Positions 29,502 through 37,714 of a DNA stretch of 44,762 bases are shown here, in pieces. The stretch is from Verrucomicrobiota bacterium (GTDB lineage Bacteria > Verrucomicrobiota > Verrucomicrobiia > Limisphaerales > SXQI01). The number at the start of each line of letters is the position of its first letter. Positions within the stretch are counted from its first letter, which is position 1. The translations under genes and the position numbers were made by a program. The stretch spans positions 1 to 44,762 of the forward strand of contig JANRLX010000090.1 of NCBI GenBank assembly GCA_033762115.1, read 5' to 3'. The notes beneath the pieces are model-generated. The model did no database searches. It worked only from the letters and a program-made list of their open reading frames with translations, and had not been told where the DNA came from.

Positions 29502-30191
29502 ATGGACCATCCGATTTACCATTTCACGCTGCTGCGGCACGCAGAATCGGTTGGGAATGCTCAATCACGCTGGCAGGGACAATCAGATTACCCGCTCAGC
29601 GAGAAAGGGCGGGCACAAGCGCGTGCATTGGCGGCACGATGGGCTGCCGAGCGGGTGAAGTTTGACATTGTCATCGCGAGCCCCCTGTTACGCGCTAGGG
29701 AAACCGTGGAAATCATTGCATCTGCGCTCGCCCTGAAGGTTGAAATTGACCCGATTTGGATGGAGCGAGACGTGGGTGAGATGGAAGGTTTAACGGCTGA
29801 CGAAATCCTCCAAAAGCCAAAGCCGCCTTATGTTACCCCTTATGAGCCGATTGGCGGTGATGGAGAGGGCGATTGGCAACTTTTCCTGCGGGCGGGCAAA
29901 GCTTTGCATGGACTATTGCGGAGGCCTGCTGGGAATTATTTGGTGGCGTCGCACGGCGGCATGCTCAATCAGCTAATGCACGCCATTGTTGGGGCAGCCC
30001 GTCACGCCGATCCGTCCGGCGTGCGATTCCATTTTGAAAACGCCTCGTTTGCACGCGTAATATACCTTCCGCATCAGCATCGCTGGCTGGTTGATGCCGT
30101 CAACGACCATGCCCACTTAGCTTCGTTGGAGGAAATCGGTGTCAGGAACTTGTTTGATTCATCAACCGGCAATCGCAATGGAGGACATTAA
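29502..30191 (+). CDS. histidine phosphatase family protein (island cargo)
   Basis: LLRHAESVGN, ASPLLRARET, ERDVGEMEG, ASHGG. Confidence 0.88.
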   Translation: MDHPIYHFTLLRHAESVGNAQSRWQGQSDYPLSEKGRAQARALAARWAAERVKFDIVIASPLLRARETVEIIASALALKVEIDPIWMERDVGEMEGLTADEILQKPKPPYVTPYEPIGGDGEGDWQLFLRAGKALHGLLRRPAGNYLVASHGGMLNQLMHAIVGAARHADPSGVRFHFENASFARVIYLPHQHRWLVDAVNDHAHLASLEEIGVRNLFDSSTGNRNGGH

Positions 30192-30233
30192 AAACATTGG
30201 CGTTCACCACATCGGTGCCTTTGGAAGGTGGTT

Positions 30234-31226
30234 ATGAAAAACGCCTCCAGCTATCATCTCCGCCTCTTTCTTAAGTCATCCTGCAATTTTCGCTGCGTTT
30301 ACTGTAATCCAACCGCAGTGAGCGAAGAGGGGCCGATCCTATCGGATTCGGAAATTCTCGATATTCTTTCGATAGCCGCTGAGTCTGGTGTGAAGCGAGT
30401 TCATTATTCCGGCGGTGAACCAACTCTTCGGAAGAAACTACCGGAAATAATTCAGCATGCTGTCAGTCTGGGTTTCACTGAGCAAGTCATCACAACCAAT
30501 GGAGTGCTCTTTAACCGTTTTTTTGATGAATACCGTGACGCGGGATTAACGCGGGCGAATATCAGTATTGATTCGTTGGACCGCCAGGAGTTCGCAAAGT
30601 TGACGGGGCGGGACGAACTGGAAGCGGTCGTCAGCGCGATTCACAAAAGCCACCAGCATCTCAAAGTTACCAAACTAAACGTGGTGGTGATGCGCCGCAA
30701 TCTCACTCAAATTCCAATGTTAATAGAGCTGGCAGCAAAACTTGTTGGAACCGTCCCGCGTTTTATCGAATTGCAATCGAACCAGCCCGCGTTCTACCAA
30801 AACGTCGGAGACATAGAAGCGGAGCACGTCAACCAGGAAGACATTCACAATCGCTTGCGAGTATTTGGGACATATTCTCCTGCTGTCGGTATTGGGGGGG
30901 AGAATCCCAACTGTCAATACTTTCACTACGACGAAATGCCGGTGACGTTTGGCATTATCGCCAATCATTCGAGAGGCTATCCCTGTGGAGGGTGTCACAA
31001 GCTAAGAGTGAGCCCATATGGCGTATTGGGAGTTTGCATACATGCTAAGGGAATTGATCTAAAAAGCACCACTCTTGAAGAGAAAAGGCGAGCATTTAAA
31101 CAGGCGTTTTCCGACCGCGAGGATCTCGACATAATTCAGCCTGATCGAAAGCACCACTCGGCAACTTTCGGTTTTTGGCGATGGGGCGATGTTTCCGATA
31201 AAATCGGAGATGCTGCCGAGAAGTAA
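30234..31226 (+). CDS. MoaA-like radical SAM/twitch protein lacking the C-terminal GG motif
   Basis: CNFRCVYC, SGGEP, TTNG, NISID, KLN, RFIEL, auxiliary-cluster CGGC-x13-C. Confidence 0.85.
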   Translation: MKNASSYHLRLFLKSSCNFRCVYCNPTAVSEEGPILSDSEILDILSIAAESGVKRVHYSGGEPTLRKKLPEIIQHAVSLGFTEQVITTNGVLFNRFFDEYRDAGLTRANISIDSLDRQEFAKLTGRDELEAVVSAIHKSHQHLKVTKLNVVVMRRNLTQIPMLIELAAKLVGTVPRFIELQSNQPAFYQNVGDIEAEHVNQEDIHNRLRVFGTYSPAVGIGGENPNCQYFHYDEMPVTFGIIANHSRGYPCGGCHKLRVSPYGVLGVCIHAKGIDLKSTTLEEKRRAFKQAFSDREDLDIIQPDRKHHSATFGFWRWGDVSDKIGDAAEK

Positions 31227-31241
31227 ATGAGGATCTCCTCA

Positions 31242-31973
31242 TTAGAATTTAGCTTGAGCCTCCCGCAGTGAAGTCTCAACGTGGTACGTTGTGAATGGTT
31301 TTCGATGAATCGCCGCGTCACTCTCCACACCCGTTATGCTCAGGGTAAATTTTGGGCTCCGTCCGCAGTTTGCGCTGCCGTGGTACATTAGATAAGGCCA
31401 CGAAATGGCTTCACCACATTCCCATTGATGCCAGACCGAATTTCCTATCGCTAGATAGTGGCCCCAGTCCCACGCTTCCATTGCCACAAGATACCGAACG
31501 ACCGTTTCATCTGGCTTGACAGACACCGTTGATCGATAGGTATGGAAAAGATCGCAATGCCACGGAAGCATCTGACCGGGCAATTGTTTAATTAGCACAG
31601 CAGATGGCTTTCCGAGGCCAGAGAGTTGAAGCAAGCTAGAAATGAAGGCGGCCTGACCTTCTCCTAAAAGAGGGTCCAGAATAGCAGTGGAGCAGAAAAC
31701 GTAATCGGTGGGGTAGCCCCAGTCCTCCAACTCGTTCTTAAGGATTGGGGTAGGCCCGCCCCCGTAGAGGCGCTTGCGTTTCCCGATGCTGATTGGAGTA
31801 TATTTTTCCCTCGCCGTCAGCAAGGAGTCCAATCCCGCCAGATTTGGCGCCCAATCTCCGAGGAATCGTCCGACTCGGGAAAAATCGTGACTTTGAATGG
31901 ATGGACTAAAATGCCATTTGGAATTTTCCCGGGCGAGATCCATGCTTGTCACATATGTCTTCGTGTTGCTCAT
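31242..31973 (-). CDS. putative 2OG-Fe(II) oxygenase (DSBH/cupin fold)
   Basis: KQLPGQMLPWHCD (HxD) and distal MYHGSANCGRSPKFTLSITG; ATGA overlap with the upstream GluRS paralog. Confidence 0.7.
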   Translation of the reverse strand: MSNTKTYVTSMDLARENSKWHFSPSIQSHDFSRVGRFLGDWAPNLAGLDSLLTAREKYTPISIGKRKRLYGGGPTPILKNELEDWGYPTDYVFCSTAILDPLLGEGQAAFISSLLQLSGLGKPSAVLIKQLPGQMLPWHCDLFHTYRSTVSVKPDETVVRYLVAMEAWDWGHYLAIGNSVWHQWECGEAISWPYLMYHGSANCGRSPKFTLSITGVESDAAIHRKPFTTYHVETSLREAQAKF

Positions 31974-33286
31974 AGAATTTGGACTTGGGCCTTTCCTCCA
32001 GCTCGACCGCTTCCTGCCTCTGTTAAGACTCTGATCCGCATAAGAGCCACATCTCTTTGCAAAAGCGAGAGTGCCAGACAAAATGGCAAATGGGTTTGAT
32101 TGAAAAGCGCACCGCGCATAACCTCGAAGAAAGAAACATTTGAAAATCCTGATCGAGCTGCAATGCTGGCCATCACCCGTTCAATGTTTGTCCGTTTCCA
32201 CTCCATACGCTCCAGGAACGACAATTCCTCGTTCAATGCCGTAACAATTTGTTTGGGGATCGATGCCGACAATGGAGCGGCGCTAGACTGTGTAAAAGCT
32301 AAAACTTGAGGGATTTCCGAGAGAAGCGCGCAACGATTTCTCACCGTTTCCCATGCAAAGTCATCGGCGTGAAGGAGTTCTGCACTAATACCAGCTTCAA
32401 TTAAAAGAGGAAGGGCCAACAGGCGCAATTCCCTGAGTGGAATCTCTTGTAGAAAACGGCGATTAAGAGCCAAGCACCGGACCATGTCGAACTTCACGTT
32501 GGCTCGTTTCACATTCTGAAAAGCGAACTCGTTTGCAATATCGAAGCGATTCACCTGATAGCTGCGTTCGCGATTTGTCCAACCGAGGGAGCATAAGTAA
32601 TGAAAGAGCGTAGTGGGTAAATAACCAGATTCATGAAAACGTGCCACGGAAAAGGCGGTGTCCTGCCGAGTTATCCGCTTTCCTTGCTGACGCTCGATTA
32701 GGGGTATATGTGCGTATTGCGGAGGCGCTCCTCCGAGGCCACAACACAGATCGATGTGTTTCCACGTACTGGAAAGGTGATCTGCGCCACGGATAACATG
32801 AGAAATGCCCATTTCGATGTCGTCAACAACATGCATGAAAGAGAACAAATAGGTTCCGTTTTGCCGTCGAATTGTGATGTCCGGTTCTGCGGATGCTGGA
32901 AAATGAATCGTTCCGAATACCTGGTCGGCGAGTGTGTGATGCTGACGGCTTAGCCGAAAGCGCACCGTACCATCGGGCGCAACATAACTACGGCCACTCT
33001 CCATTAGACGATGCAGATAGGCATCGTAGATGTGACGTCGTTGACTCTGGTGATAAACCGCATCCCAATTTAGCCCCAACCACTCCAGACTATCCAGAAT
33101 CGACTGAGCGGCAGCAGGATCCCTACGCTCTTCTGGCTCATCTTCGATCCGAATGATGAAGGAGCCGCCATTTTTTCGGGCGAACAACCAATTGAACAAT
33201 GCAGTGTGGGCAGCACCCACATGAATTACGCCACTGGGCAACCGCCCGAATCGCACTCGAACATCGGTACGAGGCTCGGCTGTCAT
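31970..33286 (-). CDS. divergent glutamate-tRNA ligase family paralog
   Basis: VRVRF...HVG...TALFNW, IRIED, LEWLGLNWD, QSQR, VVDDIEMGISHVIRGADH, YAHIPLI; the KMSKS-equivalent loop reads KRITR. Confidence 0.85.
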   Translation of the reverse strand: MTAEPRTDVRVRFGRLPSGVIHVGAAHTALFNWLFARKNGGSFIIRIEDEPEERRDPAAAQSILDSLEWLGLNWDAVYHQSQRRHIYDAYLHRLMESGRSYVAPDGTVRFRLSRQHHTLADQVFGTIHFPASAEPDITIRRQNGTYLFSFMHVVDDIEMGISHVIRGADHLSSTWKHIDLCCGLGGAPPQYAHIPLIERQQGKRITRQDTAFSVARFHESGYLPTTLFHYLCSLGWTNRERSYQVNRFDIANEFAFQNVKRANVKFDMVRCLALNRRFLQEIPLRELRLLALPLLIEAGISAELLHADDFAWETVRNRCALLSEIPQVLAFTQSSAAPLSASIPKQIVTALNEELSFLERMEWKRTNIERVMASIAARSGFSNVSFFEVMRGALFNQTHLPFCLALSLLQRDVALMRIRVLTEAGSGRAGGKAQVQIL

Positions 33287-33471
33287 GCGACAAACGATAC
33301 GCGTGGGGCCTGTTTTTTGTCCACCGTCATGCCAGAGATAGCTGAGACTTCAGTCCTACGGTTTCTTCGAAACGGGTGACAAAGGACGCTTCACAAATTC
33401 CCGATCTTTTTCTTTGGGCGAGGTTTGTGTGTGCAGCGAAGACGAATTGGACGCTTTTAGAAGCGTTTCGT

Positions 33472-33759
33472 TCAATCGCGGGACGGGTATTTTCTTTCGT
33501 TTTTCAAACGCCAATACTCGACAATCGTGTCGGAGGCTCGGGCCAGCCATTTAGTGTCGCGGCGCAATTCTTCCAGAACGGCCGTCGCAAACCACTTTTG
33601 GCCGTTGATCGGTGGATGCCCCAGCGGCTTTAACAGGCCGTCCGACATGAGGATTGGAATTTCATGAGGCGAGAATCCCAGATACCAAGCGGCTTCTTCT
33701 GCGCTCAATCGGGCCGGAGGATTGTTCAGGTTCAGAAAGCGCTCTTTTTCTTGTTGCAT
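33472..33759 (-). CDS. small excisionase-like/HTH DNA-binding protein
   Basis: PARLSAEEAAWYLGF...GLLKPLG...KWF resembles a MerR/Xis-type winged HTH; SD GGAGAGG before the ATG at 33759. Confidence 0.65.
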   Translation of the reverse strand: MQQEKERFLNLNNPPARLSAEEAAWYLGFSPHEIPILMSDGLLKPLGHPPINGQKWFATAVLEELRRDTKWLARASDTIVEYWRLKNERKYPSRD

Positions 33760-33770
33760 AACCTCTCCAT

Positions 33771-34616
33771 TCACATGCGAACCCCGCGATTGACCGCTTG
33801 ATTCATTTTTTGGCTCTCTGAAATCGTTTCCGCATTCGCCACAGCCTTGCGGCAACGATCCGAGATTGCGGCCATCACATGGCCGGGGCGATGTTCGGGA
33901 AACTGTTCCCATGCAACTTTTTGCGCTTTGGCGACCGCGTTGCTCACCATGAATTCCAAAGTGTGCCGGGCGTTGCCCTTGAACTCGTTTGTTAACGCTG
34001 CGGGATTATTCCCTTCCAGCAAGACCTGAATCTGCCCGTGAGCGCGAGCAAAAGGGGTGTTTTCGCGAAACCGCTCCACCACCGCGAAATCTTTGAATCC
34101 CCGCTCGCAAAGTAGTACGTCGCTTTGACCGAGATTCAGCAAGGTGGAATGTACGCGCCAACGGCCTTGTTGGGTGGCAAGTTCATTTTCGGCGAATGAC
34201 GAAATATTGGCAGGATCATTTAATTGGAATTTCAGACGCCCCGCCAATTCAATCTCGCGGGCGATGGCGCCGAATGCGGCGCGATAACTTTCAATTTCCT
34301 TTTCTCCCAAACGTACCGCGTGATCGGGAACGACGAACTGCTCGGGGTGAATCCCATTGCGTTTCAGTCCTCCTTTCGTTTTCTCGATACCCAAACTTTG
34401 ATCAGACGGGGTATGCCGGGTGTTATCGAAGCGAGTGTCAGACCCGTCCGGGAGAAGCTTTTCCAGCCGGTCAGGGGGAATCAACATCTCGCCGGAGCGT
34501 GCCCGTTTTGTCTCGATCTCGCCTTTTTGAATACGCGCCAGGAGGCTAAATTCATGGACGCCCAGCATCGAAGCGCTGGTTCCAATCGTCATGCCTTCCG
34601 TCCTGTCTGTTTGCAT
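33771..34616 (-). CDS. hypothetical protein with N-terminal HTH-like segment
   Basis: MTIGTSASMLGVHEFSLLARIQKGEI resembles an HTH; SD GGAGG before the ATG at 34616; same strand as the Xis-like gene. Confidence 0.6.
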   Translation of the reverse strand: MQTDRTEGMTIGTSASMLGVHEFSLLARIQKGEIETKRARSGEMLIPPDRLEKLLPDGSDTRFDNTRHTPSDQSLGIEKTKGGLKRNGIHPEQFVVPDHAVRLGEKEIESYRAAFGAIAREIELAGRLKFQLNDPANISSFAENELATQQGRWRVHSTLLNLGQSDVLLCERGFKDFAVVERFRENTPFARAHGQIQVLLEGNNPAALTNEFKGNARHTLEFMVSNAVAKAQKVAWEQFPEHRPGHVMAAISDRCRKAVANAETISESQKMNQAVNRGVRM

Positions 34617-34727
34617 AATTTCTTCCTCCATCGTGACACTGCGCCGTTAAAGGGACCGTTACCGCACTGGTAGCGGCTCAACACGAGGCTGCTCACCCTT
34701 CCAATCTCGCGCATAGGCAGAAGAAGT

Positions 34728-34824
34728 CTGTGCCACGTACGGCACAATTTTGAACCTGCTAATTTGGCTCGTATCTTTCACCGCTTCAGGTCACGAATTG
34801 AAGATTGTGCCAGTGGCGGCACAG
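34728..34824. promoter_or_regulatory. pair of inverted palindromic sites CTGTGCC-N6-GGCACAAT in a divergent intergenic region
   Basis: TGTGCC-ACGTAC-GGCACA at 34729-34746 and TGTGCC-AGTGGC-GGCACA at 34806-34823. Confidence 0.6.
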
Positions 34825-34857
34825 TTTTGTCGGGGAAATGCGGTTATTCTTCTGAGC

Positions 34858-36348
34858 ATGAATGTGTTAAGCTGCATCACCGCCGTTTTGTCGCTGCTTA
34901 CGGCGGCATTCGTCTTTACGTCCTTTTCACGGCCCTACTCTATAGGCGGAGCGACATTCTTTGGCGGCTTCGCCATTTACGCCATTTGGACGGGACGCGG
35001 CGTAGGAAGGTGTAAACGGCAAATTATCGCCCGCCTCAAGGGGCTTGTCTGGACACAGGAAGATTTTTGTCGGGGCTGGCTCATCACTGGCGACACTGGC
35101 TCCGGCAAAACCCGTTCCGGAATCAATCAATTGCTCTTTCAAGTATTCAGCAACGGGGGAAAATGGGGCGGACTCTGCATCGACGACAAAGGCGTCTATT
35201 GGGAAACACTCGTGGGCATGGCCCGGCACTTCAAGCGAGAGAACGATTTGATTCTCCTGCAAGTCCGGCCTGACAATCCGCCGGACCGATGGAAGCCGAC
35301 GCACACGTTCAATCTCCTTTCCGACCGCACTATTCCCTTTACGACCTACGCAAAATTCGTTGTGGATACCGCAACGAGCTTGGGACAGCGCAACGACCAA
35401 TCGTTCTTTAAAAACCAGGCCCAAACGCACATTGCGTATGGCCTGGAGATGCTTGCTCAAACAGGTATGGATGTTGCGCTCGACAACGTGCAGGCCCTGC
35501 TTTTGAACGAAGAATATCTGGATATTGCCCTCAATCAACTTGCCGCCGCCGATTCCAACGAACGTGGACGTGATTTGATCGAACATTTCACGAAGCGTTA
35601 TCGCGAACAGCCGCCCGAACAGATGGGCGGCGTCAAAGAAACGATTGCCAATTATCTCCAGTACTTTTTAACCCCGGATATCTCCGAGGTGTTTTGTGCT
35701 TACAAAAGCACTTTTGGTTTCCACGAGATCGACGCGGGAAAAATCATCTGTGTGGCGATGCCGCAGAAATATCAGGCCGAACGCCGTTATGTGAACACGT
35801 TTTTGAAAATGCTGTTCTACACGCACGTCTTGCGCCGATTCGATAAACCGCAAGAGGAACGCGAAAGAGACAATTTACTCATTCTTTGGGCGGATGAGGC
35901 GCAACGGTTCGTCACAGCAAGCGACGAAGGCATGAGCGATTACAATTGCATCGATGTAATGCGAGAGGCAAAGGCCACTTTGGTCGCGGCGGCGCAATCT
36001 TCCACATCGTTCATTCCGCCGCTGGGAGCTGAAAAGGCAAACGTGCTAACGCTCAACCTGAGAAACCGCATGATTTTCAAAGCCGCCGACGAAGCCGGAG
36101 CCATCCAGAGTGCTGATTTCCTTGGGCAAAAGAAAATCAAGAAGCCGACCTATGGCTACTCGGGAGGAATGCACACCCGAACATACACCGAAATGGAGGA
36201 ACACAAAATCAAGCCGTATTTGCTCCGCCAGCTTTGCAAGCATCAATGCGTTTTGGTCCACTGCGAAAAAGGCTATAAGAAGTTGGTTCTTCCGCCTATG
36301 GAGCCCGATGGCACTACCTCCAAGTGGTTTCGTCCTTCGATCATCTGA
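34858..36348 (+). CDS. VirD4/TraD-like type IV coupling protein ATPase
   Basis: Two N-terminal TM segments, Walker A ITGDTGSGKT, IDDKG, FNLL, Walker B WADEAQRF, REAKATLVAAAQS, SADFLG. Confidence 0.85.
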   Translation: MNVLSCITAVLSLLTAAFVFTSFSRPYSIGGATFFGGFAIYAIWTGRGVGRCKRQIIARLKGLVWTQEDFCRGWLITGDTGSGKTRSGINQLLFQVFSNGGKWGGLCIDDKGVYWETLVGMARHFKRENDLILLQVRPDNPPDRWKPTHTFNLLSDRTIPFTTYAKFVVDTATSLGQRNDQSFFKNQAQTHIAYGLEMLAQTGMDVALDNVQALLLNEEYLDIALNQLAAADSNERGRDLIEHFTKRYREQPPEQMGGVKETIANYLQYFLTPDISEVFCAYKSTFGFHEIDAGKIICVAMPQKYQAERRYVNTFLKMLFYTHVLRRFDKPQEERERDNLLILWADEAQRFVTASDEGMSDYNCIDVMREAKATLVAAAQSSTSFIPPLGAEKANVLTLNLRNRMIFKAADEAGAIQSADFLGQKKIKKPTYGYSGGMHTRTYTEMEEHKIKPYLLRQLCKHQCVLVHCEKGYKKLVLPPMEPDGTTSKWFRPSII

Positions 36349-36435
36349 AAGTTGTTTAAGCTACACAATGCGCAATTTTACCGGAGCGGGATGCGGCCAA
36401 TTCACTCAGAGCTGCATCAATGAAATCCCGTTTTA

Positions 36436-36651
36436 TCAAATTCCTTCCATCAGCTTGCCCACGCGCATTTTTAGAGCGTCGGCGAGCGCCTGTATCGTAA
36501 AGAGTGTTGGATTCTCAACTCCGCGCTCAATGCCGCTCAGAAATGCACGGTCGAGATCAGCTTTCGCCGCAAGCGATTCTTGAGAAAGCTTTTGCCCAAG
36601 CCGGGCCTCTCTAACCCGTTTTCCAAATTGTTTAGCAACATCATGACGCAC
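36436..36651 (-). CDS. XRE-family HTH regulator (controller-protein-like)
   Basis: FGKRVREAR...LSQESLA...LDRAFLSGIERGVENPTL. Confidence 0.88.
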   Translation of the reverse strand: MRHDVAKQFGKRVREARLGQKLSQESLAAKADLDRAFLSGIERGVENPTLFTIQALADALKMRVGKLMEGI

Positions 36652-36807
36652 CCAGGGACTTTTTACATCGGGCGAAAGAAACCTGGCTGTAGGCTATAGG
36701 CAACAATTCGCTTGACGGAAATATAAGGGTAAGCACAGTAATCAGATCATCGCATCAACCGTCGAGCGAAATTAGTCTTTATGTGCGCCTGTCAACGCGG
36801 TGACAAA

Positions 36808-37023
36808 TCAAATGCGGCGATCTTTGAATATGTCAGAAATGCGGCAGCGCAATCGTTTCAACAGGTGCTCAAGAGTTTTCAAAGTCACATTCTGCTCGCC
36901 CATTTCAATTCTATGGAGCGAGGAAGACGAAATTCCAAGTTTGCGAGCATATTCGGGCAGAGATTTCTGCCCGCGCTTTTTGCGCAAGAAAACACCAAGC
37001 TGCTTTTGCAAAGACACCGCCAC
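36808..37023 (-). CDS. XRE-family HTH regulator (start probably GTG at 37023)
   Basis: LGVFLRKKRG...YARKLGISSSSLHRIEMGEQNVTLKTLE. Confidence 0.8.
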   Translation of the reverse strand: MAVSLQKQLGVFLRKKRGQKSLPEYARKLGISSSSLHRIEMGEQNVTLKTLEHLLKRLRCRISDIFKDRRI

Positions 37024-37251
37024 CCTTCGAGTGTGCGGTGGCTGCCTTCCCACATATGGGAAATGAATCAGTTCTTTTTTTTCTTAAAAACATTCGGAAA
37101 AACGTCACTTTGTCGAGAATTCACGAAAAAGACCTTGCAGTTGTCTCAAACCGACAGTAGAGGATTAGCCGATGCTCCCATAAGGGATTTTGCCTGCTCG
37201 CTAAATTGCCCTAAACCGGTCCCGAACGATTAGAGAACCAACGAATCGCAT

Positions 37252-37674
37252 ATGAAAACGTCAAATAAACCGCCGATCCTTGTCTTGGCCGCTCTCGGCA
37301 TCTCAATGGGCGCCATTCTCCTTCTCGGTCGTGCGTTGGCTGCTGATCCCGGCATTACATTTGCGCCCTCAGGGACGAATTATTTGATCACAATCACCAA
37401 TGCTGTGGGAGGAACCAGCTATGAAATTTATCGGCGACCGGTTCTCGCTGACACAAATTTTCCGTGGAGACTTTACAGCGTGGGGACTGCGGGAGTGACC
37501 AACTTCATTGTTTATACCGAGGGGGAGCCATTCGGATTTTTCCAAGCATCTGAAGGCGTGAATTGGGACAACGACGGGTCCGATAATTACAAAGATGGCC
37601 AACCGAACAATGGTTCCGTGGGCGATTTGCAAGTGACGATTATTTATCCTGCCAACGGTTCGACAATCAATTGA
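37252..37674 (+). CDS. small secreted protein upstream of the giant RHS gene
   Basis: Signal peptide ending ALA-AD; beta-rich body; NWDNDG resembles a Dx[DN]xDG Ca-binding loop. Confidence 0.7.
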   Translation: MKTSNKPPILVLAALGISMGAILLLGRALAADPGITFAPSGTNYLITITNAVGGTSYEIYRRPVLADTNFPWRLYSVGTAGVTNFIVYTEGEPFGFFQASEGVNWDNDGSDNYKDGQPNNGSVGDLQVTIIYPANGSTIN

Positions 37675-37714
37675 CGTTTCCTCTCCCCCTCTACCGCCCT
37701 TCATTCTCCTTTTC

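Noticed and set aside
30234..31226. Calling this gene moaA or a prokaryotic viperin
   Set aside because: It lacks the MoaA terminal GG motif and a Moco gene context, and it has a twitch-type auxiliary cluster motif that viperins do not have.
31970..33286. Calling this gene gltX or gluQ
   Set aside because: The signature motifs are substituted, it is longer than GluQ, and it is island-borne.
34728..34824. Twin palindromes read as an invertible DNA switch or sigma-54 promoters
   Set aside because: The 6-bp spacers differ, whereas tyrosine-recombinase inversion needs matching spacers. The GG-N10-GC sigma-54 spacing is not met.
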